A stretch of DNA of 64,000 nucleotides from Candidatus Saccharimonadia bacterium (GCA_038230095.1 JBBRNT010000001.1:48848-112847), one strand, 5' to 3'. Counted from the stretch's first letter, positions 1 through 8,385 are shown. Numbers and translations are program-made. Notes: a model not told the origin generated them from the sequence alone.

Positions 1-1
1 T

Positions 2-715
2 TCAAAGGGTCGTAAATTTATTCTTTGCAAGAACGGTACTGTTACTGAAACAACTGATGGTTCACCGACAGACCCATTCTGTGCAAAACCAGGCGCGGGC
101 GGTGTGGTAAACAGTAATATCGCTGCACCAATACCAGATGACTTAACCAACCAGCCCCCATCTACCGCCGGATGGTACCTTATCTTTTGCAACGATTACA
201 CTGGCGGGGTGAGCTTAACTCCGGATGGTCGGGCCCTATGCTATGGGCACGGTGGGCTAATGACATCGGAGACCGCTGGCACAGTGCCAGGACCAAATGA
301 TATGCTCGCACTCTGTAAGGATGGGACGACCGTAAAGACAACCACTGACGGTCTAACTGGTGCTTGCAGCAGTGGTCTATTGATTGCACTATTCTCGCAG
401 ACGGGAGAAGTAACTCAGAGCACCAATCCTAAGTGTAGTGCGAGCGTTGTTACCCCTGGTCTCGACGCCACCGCGATCTGCTCCGCCCGAGGCGGCCCCA
501 TATTTGGCCTCATAAACTTTGCTATCAATTGGTTGATTCGCATTTTGGGTGGAGTAGCTGTCCTGGCATTAATTGTAAGTGGGATTCAATACATTACCTC
601 GCAGGGCAACCCGGACGCCATAAAGAAGGCTAAGAGCCGCATTACAAATGTAATTATTGGGCTACTTCTACTTAGCATCATGTTCGTAGTGCTCAAGTTT
701 ATTGGTATCGGCTAG
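2..715 (+). CDS. VirB2/TrbC-like pilin-family protein, 5'-partial. It has a Cys-rich N-terminal ectodomain and a C-terminal two-helix hydrophobic hairpin.
   Basis: The frame is open from nt 2 to the Met at 104, so the ORF runs off the window start. The C-terminal ~70 aa (GLINFAINWLIRILGGVAVLALIVSGIQYITSQGNPDAIKKAKSRITNVIIGLLLLSIMFVVLKFIG) are two TM helices split by a short polar loop. It is a clear paralog of the next five genes. Confidence 0.6.
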   Translation, partial: SKGRKFILCKNGTVTETTDGSPTDPFCAKPGAGGVVNSNIAAPIPDDLTNQPPSTAGWYLIFCNDYTGGVSLTPDGRALCYGHGGLMTSETAGTVPGPNDMLALCKDGTTVKTTTDGLTGACSSGLLIALFSQTGEVTQSTNPKCSASVVTPGLDATAICSARGGPIFGLINFAINWLIRILGGVAVLALIVSGIQYITSQGNPDAIKKAKSRITNVIIGLLLLSIMFVVLKFIGIG

Positions 716-769
716 CGACCATACCGCTCTACCTTGGTTTTTAGCACTACTTAACCTACAATCTGTGGA

Positions 770-1387
770 ATGAGGACAAAAGTATCACATGCAAAGGCAC
801 TTACTATCGCCGTTGTAGCACTTGGATTACAGGTGGTGGGTAGTTCCACTATTCTCCAACTACAGGCCTTGGCGGCGGCGGGTGGCCCAGGCCAAGCGGC
901 ATGCGTCGGTGGCGGCTATGTTGCTATTCCTGCCGATAACAACGTCGACGCTGCGTGTAAGGCGCAATACGGCCCCTCATCTGGTGCAGCAGTGACAACC
1001 CTAGCAACATCTGTTATATGCAATGATAAGACGGCAGCTAGCTACAATACAGCCACTGGCGATGCTGCGACTGCTTGCAAAAACAACGGTGGCTATACCT
1101 CAAAAGATACGAATTGCCCAACCGTAATTACGCACGGCCTACTGGTGGACTGCAACGCCAAGGGGGGTGTATTACTTGATCTGATCAACTTTGTCATTAA
1201 TTGGCTCATAGGTATTCTGGGAGGTTTTGCGGTATTGGCTTTGATTGTAAGTGGCATACAGTACATTACCTCGCAGGGCAGCCCCGATGGCATAAAGAAA
1301 GCAAAGGTGCGAATTACTAACGCAGTGGTCGGAGTCCTGCTATTATCAATAATGTTCATAGTGCTCAAATTCATAGGAATCGGATAA
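770..1387 (+). CDS. VirB2/TrbC-like pilin-family protein with signal peptide and Cys-rich N-domain
   Basis: The N-terminal signal-like segment is MRTKVSHAKALTIAVVALGL. There are multiple Cys residues in the ectodomain. The C-terminal hairpin (LDLINFVINWLIGILGGFAVLALIVSGIQYITSQGSPDGIKKAKVRITNAVVGVLLLSIMFIVLKFIGIG) is nearly identical to that of gene 1. Confidence 0.65.
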   Translation: MRTKVSHAKALTIAVVALGLQVVGSSTILQLQALAAAGGPGQAACVGGGYVAIPADNNVDAACKAQYGPSSGAAVTTLATSVICNDKTAASYNTATGDAATACKNNGGYTSKDTNCPTVITHGLLVDCNAKGGVLLDLINFVINWLIGILGGFAVLALIVSGIQYITSQGSPDGIKKAKVRITNAVVGVLLLSIMFIVLKFIGIG

Positions 1388-1695
1388 TGAAAACATATAT
1401 TATTACTTATCTTCTAGCGGCAGGCCCCACCCCGATATTGCAGGGCGTAAACCCTGATACCCAAGGACTGGATGCTGTACCTATACTCATTCATAACGTC
1501 GTGAATATTGCATTGTTCATAGCCGGCGGCCTATCGGTCATCTTCTTTATAGTCGGGGGTATGCGTTTTGCACTGTCTGCCGGTAATCCAGCCAGCACCA
1601 AACAGGCAAGGGAAACCATGCTCTACGCTATTATTGGTCTGGTGGTTTCTCTCGGGTCTTTTGCCATACTCAACTACGTAATACACATTTTCTAG
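1387..1695 (+). CDS. small VirB2/TrbC-like pilin-family protein
   Basis: The ATG overlaps the previous stop (taATGa). The N-terminal signal-like segment is followed by the same two-helix hairpin architecture (NIALFIAGGLSVIFFIVGGMRFALSAGNPASTKQARETMLYAIIGLVVSLGSF). Confidence 0.55.
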   Translation: MKTYIITYLLAAGPTPILQGVNPDTQGLDAVPILIHNVVNIALFIAGGLSVIFFIVGGMRFALSAGNPASTKQARETMLYAIIGLVVSLGSFAILNYVIHIF

Positions 1696-1701
1696 GACAC
1701 T

Positions 1702-2016
1702 ATGCTACACTCACTTCTTCACTACGCTCTTGCTACAATCACCATTTCTGATAACGGAATTATTAACTCTGGCACTGGGTTCTCTAGCCTGAATCCAGCC
1801 GGCGTATTCAGTGTAGTGGCAAATACTATAATTTTTCTCACTGGGGCAATTTCAGTAATCATGATCCTAGTCGGCGCTATTCGCTACGTAGTTTCGGCCG
1901 GTAATTCTGGGGCAGTTGCCAAGGCGAAGGATACTATCATCTACGCCTTGGTTGGACTGGTAGGCGCTGCCATGGGCTACGCTGCAATCCGCTTTATCGG
2001 GAACTTTTTCAAGTAA
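1702..2016 (+). CDS. small VirB2/TrbC-like pilin-family protein
   Basis: The two-helix hairpin is VANTIIFLTGAISVIMILVGAIRYVVSAGNSGAVAKAKDTIIYALVGLVGAAMGYAAIRF, paralogous to its neighbours. Confidence 0.55.
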   Translation: MLHSLLHYALATITISDNGIINSGTGFSSLNPAGVFSVVANTIIFLTGAISVIMILVGAIRYVVSAGNSGAVAKAKDTIIYALVGLVGAAMGYAAIRFIGNFFK

Positions 2017-2091
2017 TACTCTCGCTACCTGGTAGCAGCGTATGCTATCATTTTGCTAACGCTCATAAGCTAAATCACTAAGGAGAAACAA

Positions 2092-2481
2092 GTGAAACGA
2101 CTACAACAACTAATCCTCGGCGGCTTTACCGCCATGCTCGCTGTCATGTTCATGGCCGCACCAGCCCTAGGTGCGCCAGATGAGCTGGTAAATGGCATTA
2201 ACGGCTCGTCACCGACGAATGCCTCAAGCTGTCTGTTCGCAGGCCAGACCGGGTGTACGGCAGCCAACAGCATCTTCAGTCAGGTTGCCAACGTCCTGAT
2301 CTTCATCATCGGTGCCGTCGCTGTTATCATGCTGATCATCGGTGGTCTCCGCTACGTTCTCTCCAGTGGTAACTCCAGTGCAGTTGAAGGTGCTAAGAAC
2401 ACCATCCTCTACGCTATCATCGGTATCGTAGTAGCCTCACTGGCCTTTGCAGCGGTGAACTTCGTAGTTGGTAAGCTGTAA
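2092..2481 (+). CDS. VirB2/TrbC-like pilin-family protein (signal peptide + Cys-containing ectodomain + hairpin)
   Basis: RBS aaggag lies upstream. The signal peptide is MKRLQQLILGGFTAMLAVMFMAAPALGA. The C-terminal half is about 98% identical at the nt level to gene 2608..3030. Confidence 0.65.
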   Translation: MKRLQQLILGGFTAMLAVMFMAAPALGAPDELVNGINGSSPTNASSCLFAGQTGCTAANSIFSQVANVLIFIIGAVAVIMLIIGGLRYVLSSGNSSAVEGAKNTILYAIIGIVVASLAFAAVNFVVGKL

Positions 2482-2498
2482 TAAGCGCCGACCCAGGA

Positions 2499-2524
2499 AG
2501 AGACCCCTTCGGGGGTCTTTTTTG
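2499..2524 (+). terminator. rho-independent terminator (agaccccttcgggggtct + T-run)
   Basis: An 8-bp GC stem with a ttcg loop is followed by tttttt. Confidence 0.8.
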
Positions 2525-2607
2525 ATAAGGTCTTTTGTATTCTCGCTCAAATCTGCTATGATTCGGCCAAGTCAAGCAAAAATATATAACAGCTCACAGG
2601 AGAATTT

Positions 2608-3030
2608 ATGCCCAAGTTCAGTAAAGTAAGTCGTATTATTGCCCAGGCCTTCCTGGCAATTACTCTGATTACTAGTCCGTTTGTAGCTTCCATCGCACTG
2701 GCCGCTCCGTCGGGTCTAACGGATGGTATTAATGGCTCAGCACCGACTGGAGCGAGCACCTGCTTATTTGCTGGTACTGGCACCAATGCCGCTGGTAGTG
2801 TCTGTACGGCTGCGGATAGTATCTTCAGCAAGGTTGCCAACGTCCTGATCTTCATCATCGGTGCAGTCGCTGTTATCATGCTGATCATCGGTGGTCTCCG
2901 CTACGTTCTCTCCAGCGGTAACTCCAGTGCAGTTGAAGGTGCTAAGAACACCATCCTCTACGCTATCATTGGTATCGTAGTAGCCTCACTGGCCTTTGCA
3001 GCTGTGAACTTCGTAGTTGGTAAGCTGTAA
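2608..3030 (+). CDS. VirB2/TrbC-like pilin-family protein (signal peptide; paralog of 2092..2481)
   Basis: RBS ggagaa lies upstream. The signal peptide is present. The last ~70 aa are identical to the previous gene. Confidence 0.65.
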   Translation: MPKFSKVSRIIAQAFLAITLITSPFVASIALAAPSGLTDGINGSAPTGASTCLFAGTGTNAAGSVCTAADSIFSKVANVLIFIIGAVAVIMLIIGGLRYVLSSGNSSAVEGAKNTILYAIIGIVVASLAFAAVNFVVGKL

Positions 3031-3047
3031 TAAGCGCCGACTCAGGA

Positions 3048-3073
3048 AGAGACCCCTTCGGGGGTCTTTTTTG
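3048..3073 (+). terminator. rho-independent terminator, duplicate of 2499..2524
   Basis: The hairpin plus T-run is identical. Confidence 0.8.
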
Positions 3074-3809
3074 TTCCGTATGAGGTGCGGGTGGAGAGGG
3101 TACTACCCTCCTTCCTCCCATTAGCATCTATACCCTCCCGCTTCTATCCTGAAATACAGTTCTTCTCTTCTTGTGCCTTTTGTCCAGGCAAAAGGCACCA
3201 AAACCTGTCTCGCACATTGCCTTCACGGACGGAGCAGAACCAAGAACTTTCCACTTGGTCTGTGCTGCGTAACTTGCTCTTCCTGACAAGGCAGGAAGAG
3301 CTTCGAACAGTACTCGCACGGTAGATACTTACTAGTAGAAGTTCCAAGTCTTGGTTCTTTCCGGTGACTGGCAGGTGCTCGGTGATCAACCATGGATGGT
3401 TACCCGAGGCGGGTATGCAGGGAGTCAGGAAGAATCCACCCTCATGCTGACCCGTCTCCCCCTTGAACCTCGCTAGATAGTAGCTTCAGCGAGCATGAGT
3501 ACGCCGGACGGCGGCTCGTTGTCTCGCAGCAATAGATAAAGTAACCCAACAGACTGTGTCTATGAGTGAAATAGAACAAAAGGGATGAAGACTCGTTCTG
3601 GTGCTTGGCAATAAGTAGGTAGTGTCTTGCGATAGAGTTGTTCGCTGTACAAAAAGAGTTTTGCCTACTTTTGCTCGTTTGCCAAAAGTAGGAAAGAAAG
3701 AAATGTTGTGTAGCCTACTACCGTGCGAGGCCATAGATGAAATAACTAGTTAAGGTAGAGGAGAATCAAAAAACTCCCCGGAGGGAGTAGTTTGGATCGA
3801 GGCTCGATA

Positions 3810-4235
3810 CTAGGCGGGGCGGACTTTGATCTTCTTGACCTTGTCCTGGGCCACCTTGGGAATGGTGATAGTAAGGACGCCATCCTTCAGGCTAGCAACT
3901 GCCTTTTCGGCAACAGTTGAGGTAGGTAGAATGACCGAGCGAGAGAATGAACCCCAGTAGCACTCCTGCACGTAGTAGTGCTCGCGGTCGACTTCGCGCT
4001 CTTCACGGCGCTCGCCGCGTAGTGTAACAACGTCTTCTGACACACTAATGTCTATGTCATCGGCCTTAACGCCGGCGATGGGCGCCTTGATAACAACATT
4101 TTCCTTGGTCTGATAGACATCAACAGCAAGCTGTCCTTCTACCTCTTCCATCCAGTCTTCGCTAGTCGCACCGACCTCGTCCAAGAACTCATCTTGCAGA
4201 ATATTCTCTTCCTGGGCAGCGATTTTCTTAGCCAT
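3810..4235 (-). CDS. small heat-shock protein, Hsp20/alpha-crystallin family
   Basis: The alpha-crystallin domain is VKADDIDISVSEDVVTLRGER...LKDGVLTITIPK. The start is chosen at MAKKIAAQ, which has RBS ggagga. The track ORF extends to 4253. Confidence 0.85.
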   Translation of the reverse strand: MAKKIAAQEENILQDEFLDEVGATSEDWMEEVEGQLAVDVYQTKENVVIKAPIAGVKADDIDISVSEDVVTLRGERREEREVDREHYYVQECYWGSFSRSVILPTSTVAEKAVASLKDGVLTITIPKVAQDKVKKIKVRPA

Positions 4236-4368
4236 GCACCCTATCCTCCACATTATGCTTACCCAGACCGGTACCAGTTATGGTTGTCCTGAGTAAACGC
4301 TTTGGTCTATTATAGGCAAATTAATTGGCATCTGGCAACAAGGTCACGTTTATGGGTAGAACAGAAGC

Positions 4369-5034
4369 ATGCTAGCGCAGCGTTTAATTGAAGTAATTGC
4401 ACCAGTGTCCTGCTTGGGCTGCGGGATTGAAGGCAATCTGGTTTGCGGCCGATGCGTGGCCAGGCTTGGTGTGCCGAAAACGGCTACGTGCTACAACTGC
4501 AACCGCTTGAGTGCAAACGGTCGTACTTGTGCTAGTTGTCGTAGGCGTACAGAACTACACGGTGTAGTAGTGGCATACCGCTACGAGGGTTTGGCGCAGG
4601 CTCTGATTGGCCAGCTGAAGTACCACGGCCAACAATCGGCGGCGGAGCTCTGCGGGCAGCTCCTGGCCGAGCAATTGCAAGCCGAGGACTATGATCTGGT
4701 GACATGTGTACCGGCGGCGGCGGGGCGGCGCCTACAGCGAGGGTACAACCAGGCGGAGCTCATAGCTCGGGCTGTGGCGCACCAACTGCAGCTGCCCTAC
4801 GTGCATACCCTTGAGCGCAGGACGGACGCACGGCAGGTGGGTCATAGCCGGGCAGAGCGGATTGTCCAGGCCAGTGCCGCCTATGCCGCCCGGAAAAGCC
4901 GCCTAGTGGTGGGGTCGCGGGTGCTGGTGGTGGACGACGTAGCTACTACTGGGGCTACTCTGGCAGCCTGCGCGGGAGCGCTGCAGGAGGCTGGGGCCAA
5001 AGCAGTCTGGGGCGGTGTACTGGCCAAGCATTAG
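4369..5034 (+). CDS. comFC: ComF-family protein (double zinc-ribbon + phosphoribosyltransferase domain)
   Basis: The N-terminus has CxxC...CxxC...CxxC...CxxC. The PRTase motif is VLVVDDVATTGATL. Confidence 0.8.
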   Translation: MLAQRLIEVIAPVSCLGCGIEGNLVCGRCVARLGVPKTATCYNCNRLSANGRTCASCRRRTELHGVVVAYRYEGLAQALIGQLKYHGQQSAAELCGQLLAEQLQAEDYDLVTCVPAAAGRRLQRGYNQAELIARAVAHQLQLPYVHTLERRTDARQVGHSRAERIVQASAAYAARKSRLVVGSRVLVVDDVATTGATLAACAGALQEAGAKAVWGGVLAKH

Positions 5035-5110
5035 CGTCTCCCGTGGCCTATCTGGAAAGTTATTGCGAAAACACGCTCAAAACACTATACTCCTAGGGTC
5101 GTTGTGACCT

Positions 5111-5197
5111 GGAGGGGTCGCATAGTGGTTTAGTGCACCGGTCTTGAAAACCGGAGACCCAAAAGGTCCGAGAGTTCGAATCTCTCCCCCTCCGCCA
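5111..5197 (+). tRNA. tRNA-Ser (anticodon UGA), long variable arm, CCA encoded
   Basis: The acceptor is GGAGGGG/CCCCTCC. The anticodon stem is CCGGT/ACCGG with loop CTTGAAA. The T-loop is GTTCGAATC. Confidence 0.9.
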
Positions 5198-5312
5198 TGT
5201 CGTCGCAAAGTTTCGGCTTGCGAGAGCAATAATACTGCTCAGGGTAGTACGTATATTGTTAAAGTTGCGGACCCCACATGGTAAACTAGGTCATAATGCT
5301 CGAAGACAACAC

Positions 5313-5405
5313 GGAGAGGTACCCAAGTGGCTGAAGGGGCGGGTTTGCTAAACCTGTAGGGGGGAGTAATCCCCCGCGAGAGTTCGAATCTCTCCCTCTC
5401 CGCCA
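5313..5405 (+). tRNA. tRNA-Ser (anticodon GCU), long variable arm, CCA encoded
   Basis: The acceptor is GGAGAGG/CCTCTCC. The anticodon loop is TTGCTAA. The T-loop is GTTCGAATC. Confidence 0.9.
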
Positions 5406-5412
5406 AGAAAAA

Positions 5413-5440
5413 TGTCCCAGCTGGTCTGGGGCTTTTTTCT
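5413..5440 (+). terminator. terminator hairpin after tRNA-Ser(GCU) (cccagctggtctgggg + T-run)
   Basis: A stem-loop is followed by cttttttc. It is homologous to the terminator after tRNA-Ser(CGA). Confidence 0.6.
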
Positions 5441-5507
5441 TGCTTGGAACATAAGGCTTTTGTAATTATTGGCCTAGACGTGCAATAATTGTGGTAAGGA
5501 AATCACT

Positions 5508-6092
5508 GTGAACCAAGAGTCAGACAAATCCATCGAGAACGAGCCCGACGAAGTCATGCCAGGGCATCTGACAGCCGGGCTATCTACTGATGTTGGCGAG
5601 GTAGATGAGCAGGATGAGGTGCGTGAGGTGGACCCGGAAGAGACATTTTCCTGGCAAGCGTCGGAGTACATACACCACGACAAGACGAAGCAGTGGTACA
5701 TAATTGTGATTGTGGGTGCGCTGGCTCTGGCTGCTGGCCTGGCCGCGTTCCAGCAGTGGTTTAGCATACCTGTCGTTATTGCCATGGCTGCCGCTATTGT
5801 TGTTTACGGGGCGCGTGCACCACGCGTACTCAACTACTCCCTGGATGATCACGGTATTACTATCGAGGGCAAGAGCTACCCATACTCCCAGTTTCGTTCC
5901 TTTGCCGTTGTGCAGGACGTAGCCTGGCACTCGATAGATCTGGAGCCTACACAGCGGTTCATGCCGCGCCTCACTATCCTGTTTGATAACGATGACTTCG
6001 CGGTTATTGTGAACCTGCTAAGCGGCTACCTGCCGGAAGTGGATCGCTCGCCGGACTGGATTGAGCGATTGTCCCGCTACCTGAAGTTCTAG
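5508..6092 (+). CDS. hypothetical membrane protein (acidic N-terminus, 2 TM helices, C-terminal soluble domain)
   Basis: The ORF has a GTG start preceded by aagga. The hydrophobic segments are IIVIVGALALAAGLAAF and IPVVIAMAAAIVVYG. Confidence 0.5.
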   Translation: MNQESDKSIENEPDEVMPGHLTAGLSTDVGEVDEQDEVREVDPEETFSWQASEYIHHDKTKQWYIIVIVGALALAAGLAAFQQWFSIPVVIAMAAAIVVYGARAPRVLNYSLDDHGITIEGKSYPYSQFRSFAVVQDVAWHSIDLEPTQRFMPRLTILFDNDDFAVIVNLLSGYLPEVDRSPDWIERLSRYLKF

Positions 6093-6162
6093 GCTTCCCT
6101 CGGTCGCTAAAATGTGTTATTGTTGGCTTCGTCCCAACCGCACTTTCGTAGTCCATATTTGT

Positions 6163-6239
6163 GCGCTCGTAGCTCAGCTGGATAGAGCATCAGCTTGCGG
6201 TGCTGGGGGTCGGGGGTTCGAATCCCTTCGAGCGCACCA
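6163..6239 (+). tRNA. tRNA-Arg (anticodon read as GCG), CCA encoded
   Basis: The cloverleaf has acceptor GCGCTCG/CGAGCGC, D-arm GCTC..GAGC, anticodon stem TCAGC/GCTGG with loop TTGCGGT, and T-loop GGTTCGAATCC. ACG would be the more usual Arg anticodon, so the anticodon call is moderate. Confidence 0.8.
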
Positions 6240-6457
6240 GAGGCCTGTAACCAATTCGTTGGTAACAGGCCTCTGTTTTTGTTTGTGGGATGAGAACCCC
6301 CGAAAAGCCGGGTACTCACGGCGTGGGGTTCGGCGTAGGGCGCAGTCGCGGCGGAGCTGGCTTCAAGAACCTGCGCCCGGAGAAGCACGAATGTGCGCTA
6401 TCCCTTCGAGCGCACCAGAGGCCTGTAACCAATTCGTTGGTAACAGGCCTCTGTTTT
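6222..6457 (+). repeat. 58-bp direct repeat (6222..6279 and 6400..6457: last 18 nt of tRNA-Arg plus its terminator hairpin) flanking a ~120-bp insert (6280..6399)
   Basis: The sequence atcccttcgagcgcaccagaggcctgtaaccaattcgttggtaacaggcctctgtttt occurs twice, identically. Confidence 0.85.
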
Positions 6458-6473
6458 GTTTAGGATAGGGGTA

Positions 6474-8033
6474 ATGCGAGAAACTCCTTCACCAGCGGCG
6501 CGGCGTAGTCAATTATGGCTCTACATCCTGGCCTGTACCGCCTTTGTGCTCTGTGCACTGGGGATAGTCTGGGCGGCCTATGGTCGAGTAGAGCTGAACG
6601 GCAGCGGGAATAGGCTTATTCTGGCGAACTACCGTGATGACTTCATCTACAACTCCCTGGTTGCTAGCGGGGAGTTCTGTCGGCACAATCTGACAACAGC
6701 TATTCCAGAGGGGGGCTGCCGCATTAACCTGATCTGGTCTTTTACCCACCTCTTGTATTTCAACCAATCGGTTGCGCTGGCCGGCTTGTTGCTGCGCACT
6801 CTACTCTTTGGGTTAATCGCGACTGCCCTCCACGTGTTTGCCAGGCGCTGGTCCAGGGCCGCTGGGCTCCCAGAAGGGCGGGCCAGGCTGTGGCTGTTTG
6901 CCTTGGCTATGACGGCGGCCTATCCGCTGATCCTGGTGGCACCACGCTTGGACTACCATGAGTTTAGTGTCTTTTTGTCTCTCATCTCATCGCCGCCCAA
7001 TTTATTTTCGGCATTGGCCTATTTGGTGGTATTTGGCGGTTACTACCTGGGGCGTCACAAGCCGAGTACTTGGCCCATCTGGGGTGGTCTGGCAGGCATA
7101 TGGTTGTTTATCCACCCTTACTTTGTGTACCAGTGGGTAAGTCTAGTACTGGTCTGGGCCTATCTGGATAGGCGGACGCTCCGCGACCACTGGGGTAAGC
7201 GTTTGCTTCTGCTCGTGCCATCGACAGCAGCCATGCTCTACTACCTGTGGCTCGCACGGGTGAACCAATTCTTCAGATTCCACCTAGGAACCAATGTGAC
7301 TCGTTACCCGCTTAGCCTCTTGATTGTTCTGGTGGTGACACTAGTCGTGTATGGCTGGCTCAGCGTGAGGATAATCCGGCGTGGTACAGCTATGGCTGAG
7401 CGATCGACACTCCGACCGGATGGGTACCTCCTGAGCTGGGCGGTGGTGGTTGGGGTGTGGCAACTAGTTCCGATAGCCACCCAGATCCGTGGACTACTCC
7501 TCCTAAGCCTGCCACTGGCACTCCTACAGACGCAGCTGGTAATTCGATCCGGCGTGCGGTCCTATACGCGCCTGCTCCTTGGGGTGGTCGCGCTTAATTG
7601 TCTGCTCCTCTTAGGATCACTTATGAGCTACGAGCGACAGTATCTGGGTCCGGATACTCGACAGGTCACCCTGACCAGTGAAGACCGCGACCTAGGACTG
7701 TGGCTTGGAGCACCACCACAGAAGCAGGAGTATTTTGTGGGAACGGAGACCGCGAGCAGCCGCTTCATGTGGTTGTCACAGACCCACATTGTGAATACCC
7801 AGCAGCATGAGAGCCAGTACTTCCCCTGGTGGCACGAGCTAGATAAGCAGGTACGCCAGGGAGCTGGATCCTGCGACAAGGTAGCGCTGGGTATGAATAC
7901 GACCCATGCCAGCGGTGAGATTGCAGCCAAGTTCCGGGACCGGGACTGGATTACATTTATGCAGAGCTGTGGAGCACCGGTACGCTTCGAGAACGCGTCC
8001 TGGGTGGTCACTGGCGCTCCAGCGGCCAGGTAG
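6474..8033 (+). CDS. large polytopic membrane protein with C-terminal soluble domain; function unknown
   Basis: There are more than 10 hydrophobic helices. The start is chosen at ATG 6474 (RBS aggatagggg) rather than the TTG at 6456, which lies inside the repeat. Confidence 0.5.
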   Translation: MRETPSPAARRSQLWLYILACTAFVLCALGIVWAAYGRVELNGSGNRLILANYRDDFIYNSLVASGEFCRHNLTTAIPEGGCRINLIWSFTHLLYFNQSVALAGLLLRTLLFGLIATALHVFARRWSRAAGLPEGRARLWLFALAMTAAYPLILVAPRLDYHEFSVFLSLISSPPNLFSALAYLVVFGGYYLGRHKPSTWPIWGGLAGIWLFIHPYFVYQWVSLVLVWAYLDRRTLRDHWGKRLLLLVPSTAAMLYYLWLARVNQFFRFHLGTNVTRYPLSLLIVLVVTLVVYGWLSVRIIRRGTAMAERSTLRPDGYLLSWAVVVGVWQLVPIATQIRGLLLLSLPLALLQTQLVIRSGVRSYTRLLLGVVALNCLLLLGSLMSYERQYLGPDTRQVTLTSEDRDLGLWLGAPPQKQEYFVGTETASSRFMWLSQTHIVNTQQHESQYFPWWHELDKQVRQGAGSCDKVALGMNTTHASGEIAAKFRDRDWITFMQSCGAPVRFENASWVVTGAPAAR

Positions 8034-8229
8034 CCGACCCAGGCTGGTCAAATACAGGTCTAGGCGGTACAATACGACGGTATTTTTCGCCGTTATCTGT
8101 GAATGTACTGAACTGATAGCCGAGCCAGACCAAGCCGAAGGCTGTGTGGCGAGGCATAAGGAAGAACCGCATGAAACCTGGAGTACATTGATTGCCAATG
8201 TATGGAAGGTGAAGCTGCGGTTATGACGC

Positions 8230-8319
8230 GGAGAGGTGACCGAGTGGCTGAAGGTACCGCTCTCGAAAAGCGGCATACCCGCAAGGGTATCGTGGGTTCA
8301 AATCCCACCCTCTCCGCCA
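8230..8319 (+). tRNA. tRNA-Ser (anticodon CGA), long variable arm, CCA encoded
   Basis: The acceptor is GGAGAGG/CCTCTCC. The anticodon stem is CCGCT/AGCGG with loop CTCGAAA. The T-loop is GGTTCAAATCC. Confidence 0.9.
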
Positions 8320-8321
8320 AA

Positions 8322-8356
8322 GAAATGTCCTCAGCCTAGGCTGGGGGCTTTTCTTT
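8322..8356 (+). terminator. terminator after tRNA-Ser(CGA) (cctcagcctaggctgggggc + ttttcttt)
   Basis: The hairpin plus T-run is homologous to 5413..5440. Confidence 0.6.
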
Positions 8357-8385
8357 GTTGGCGCGTATCCCGCTATAATCTGGTT

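Larger units (their letters stand above)
2281..3073. repeat. 244-bp near-identical direct duplication (2281..2524 and 2831..3073) covering the 3' half of two pilin genes plus their terminators
   Basis: Aligned by eye, only about 5 mismatches occur over ~244 bp. Confidence 0.8.

Noticed and set aside
180-389. A 69-aa minus-strand ORF lies antisense inside the first pilin gene.
   Set aside because: It is fully embedded antisense in a better-supported gene and is Arg/Cys-rich, as expected for an antisense artefact.
3085-3734. The track ORFs 3085..3324(+), 3128..3319(-), 3144..3389(-) and 3486..3734(-) lie inside the pilin/hsp20 gap.
   Set aside because: They are short, have no RBS, overlap one another and the large hairpins, and are low-complexity. 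I treated the region as non-coding or ncRNA instead.
3074-3809. The gap might hold a tmRNA, RNase P RNA, SRP RNA or 6S RNA.
   Set aside because: I looked for the diagnostic motifs: GGAAAGTCCGGGC and ACAGAA..GGCTTA for RNase P, a tRNA-like 3' end with T-loop and CCA for tmRNA, and the SRP domain IV motif. I found none convincingly. The region is left as an unclassified candidate rather than a named RNA.
6163-6239. Calling the tRNA-Arg anticodon ACG (the usual bacterial isoacceptor).
   Set aside because: The 7-nt loop reads TTGCGGT, which gives GCG at positions 34-36 with U33 and G37 in place. I kept GCG but flagged it as moderate confidence.
6456-6473. The TTG start at 6456 for the large membrane protein.
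   Set aside because: It lies inside the duplicated tRNA/terminator repeat. The ATG at 6474 has a proper RBS (aggatagggg) and is more plausible.
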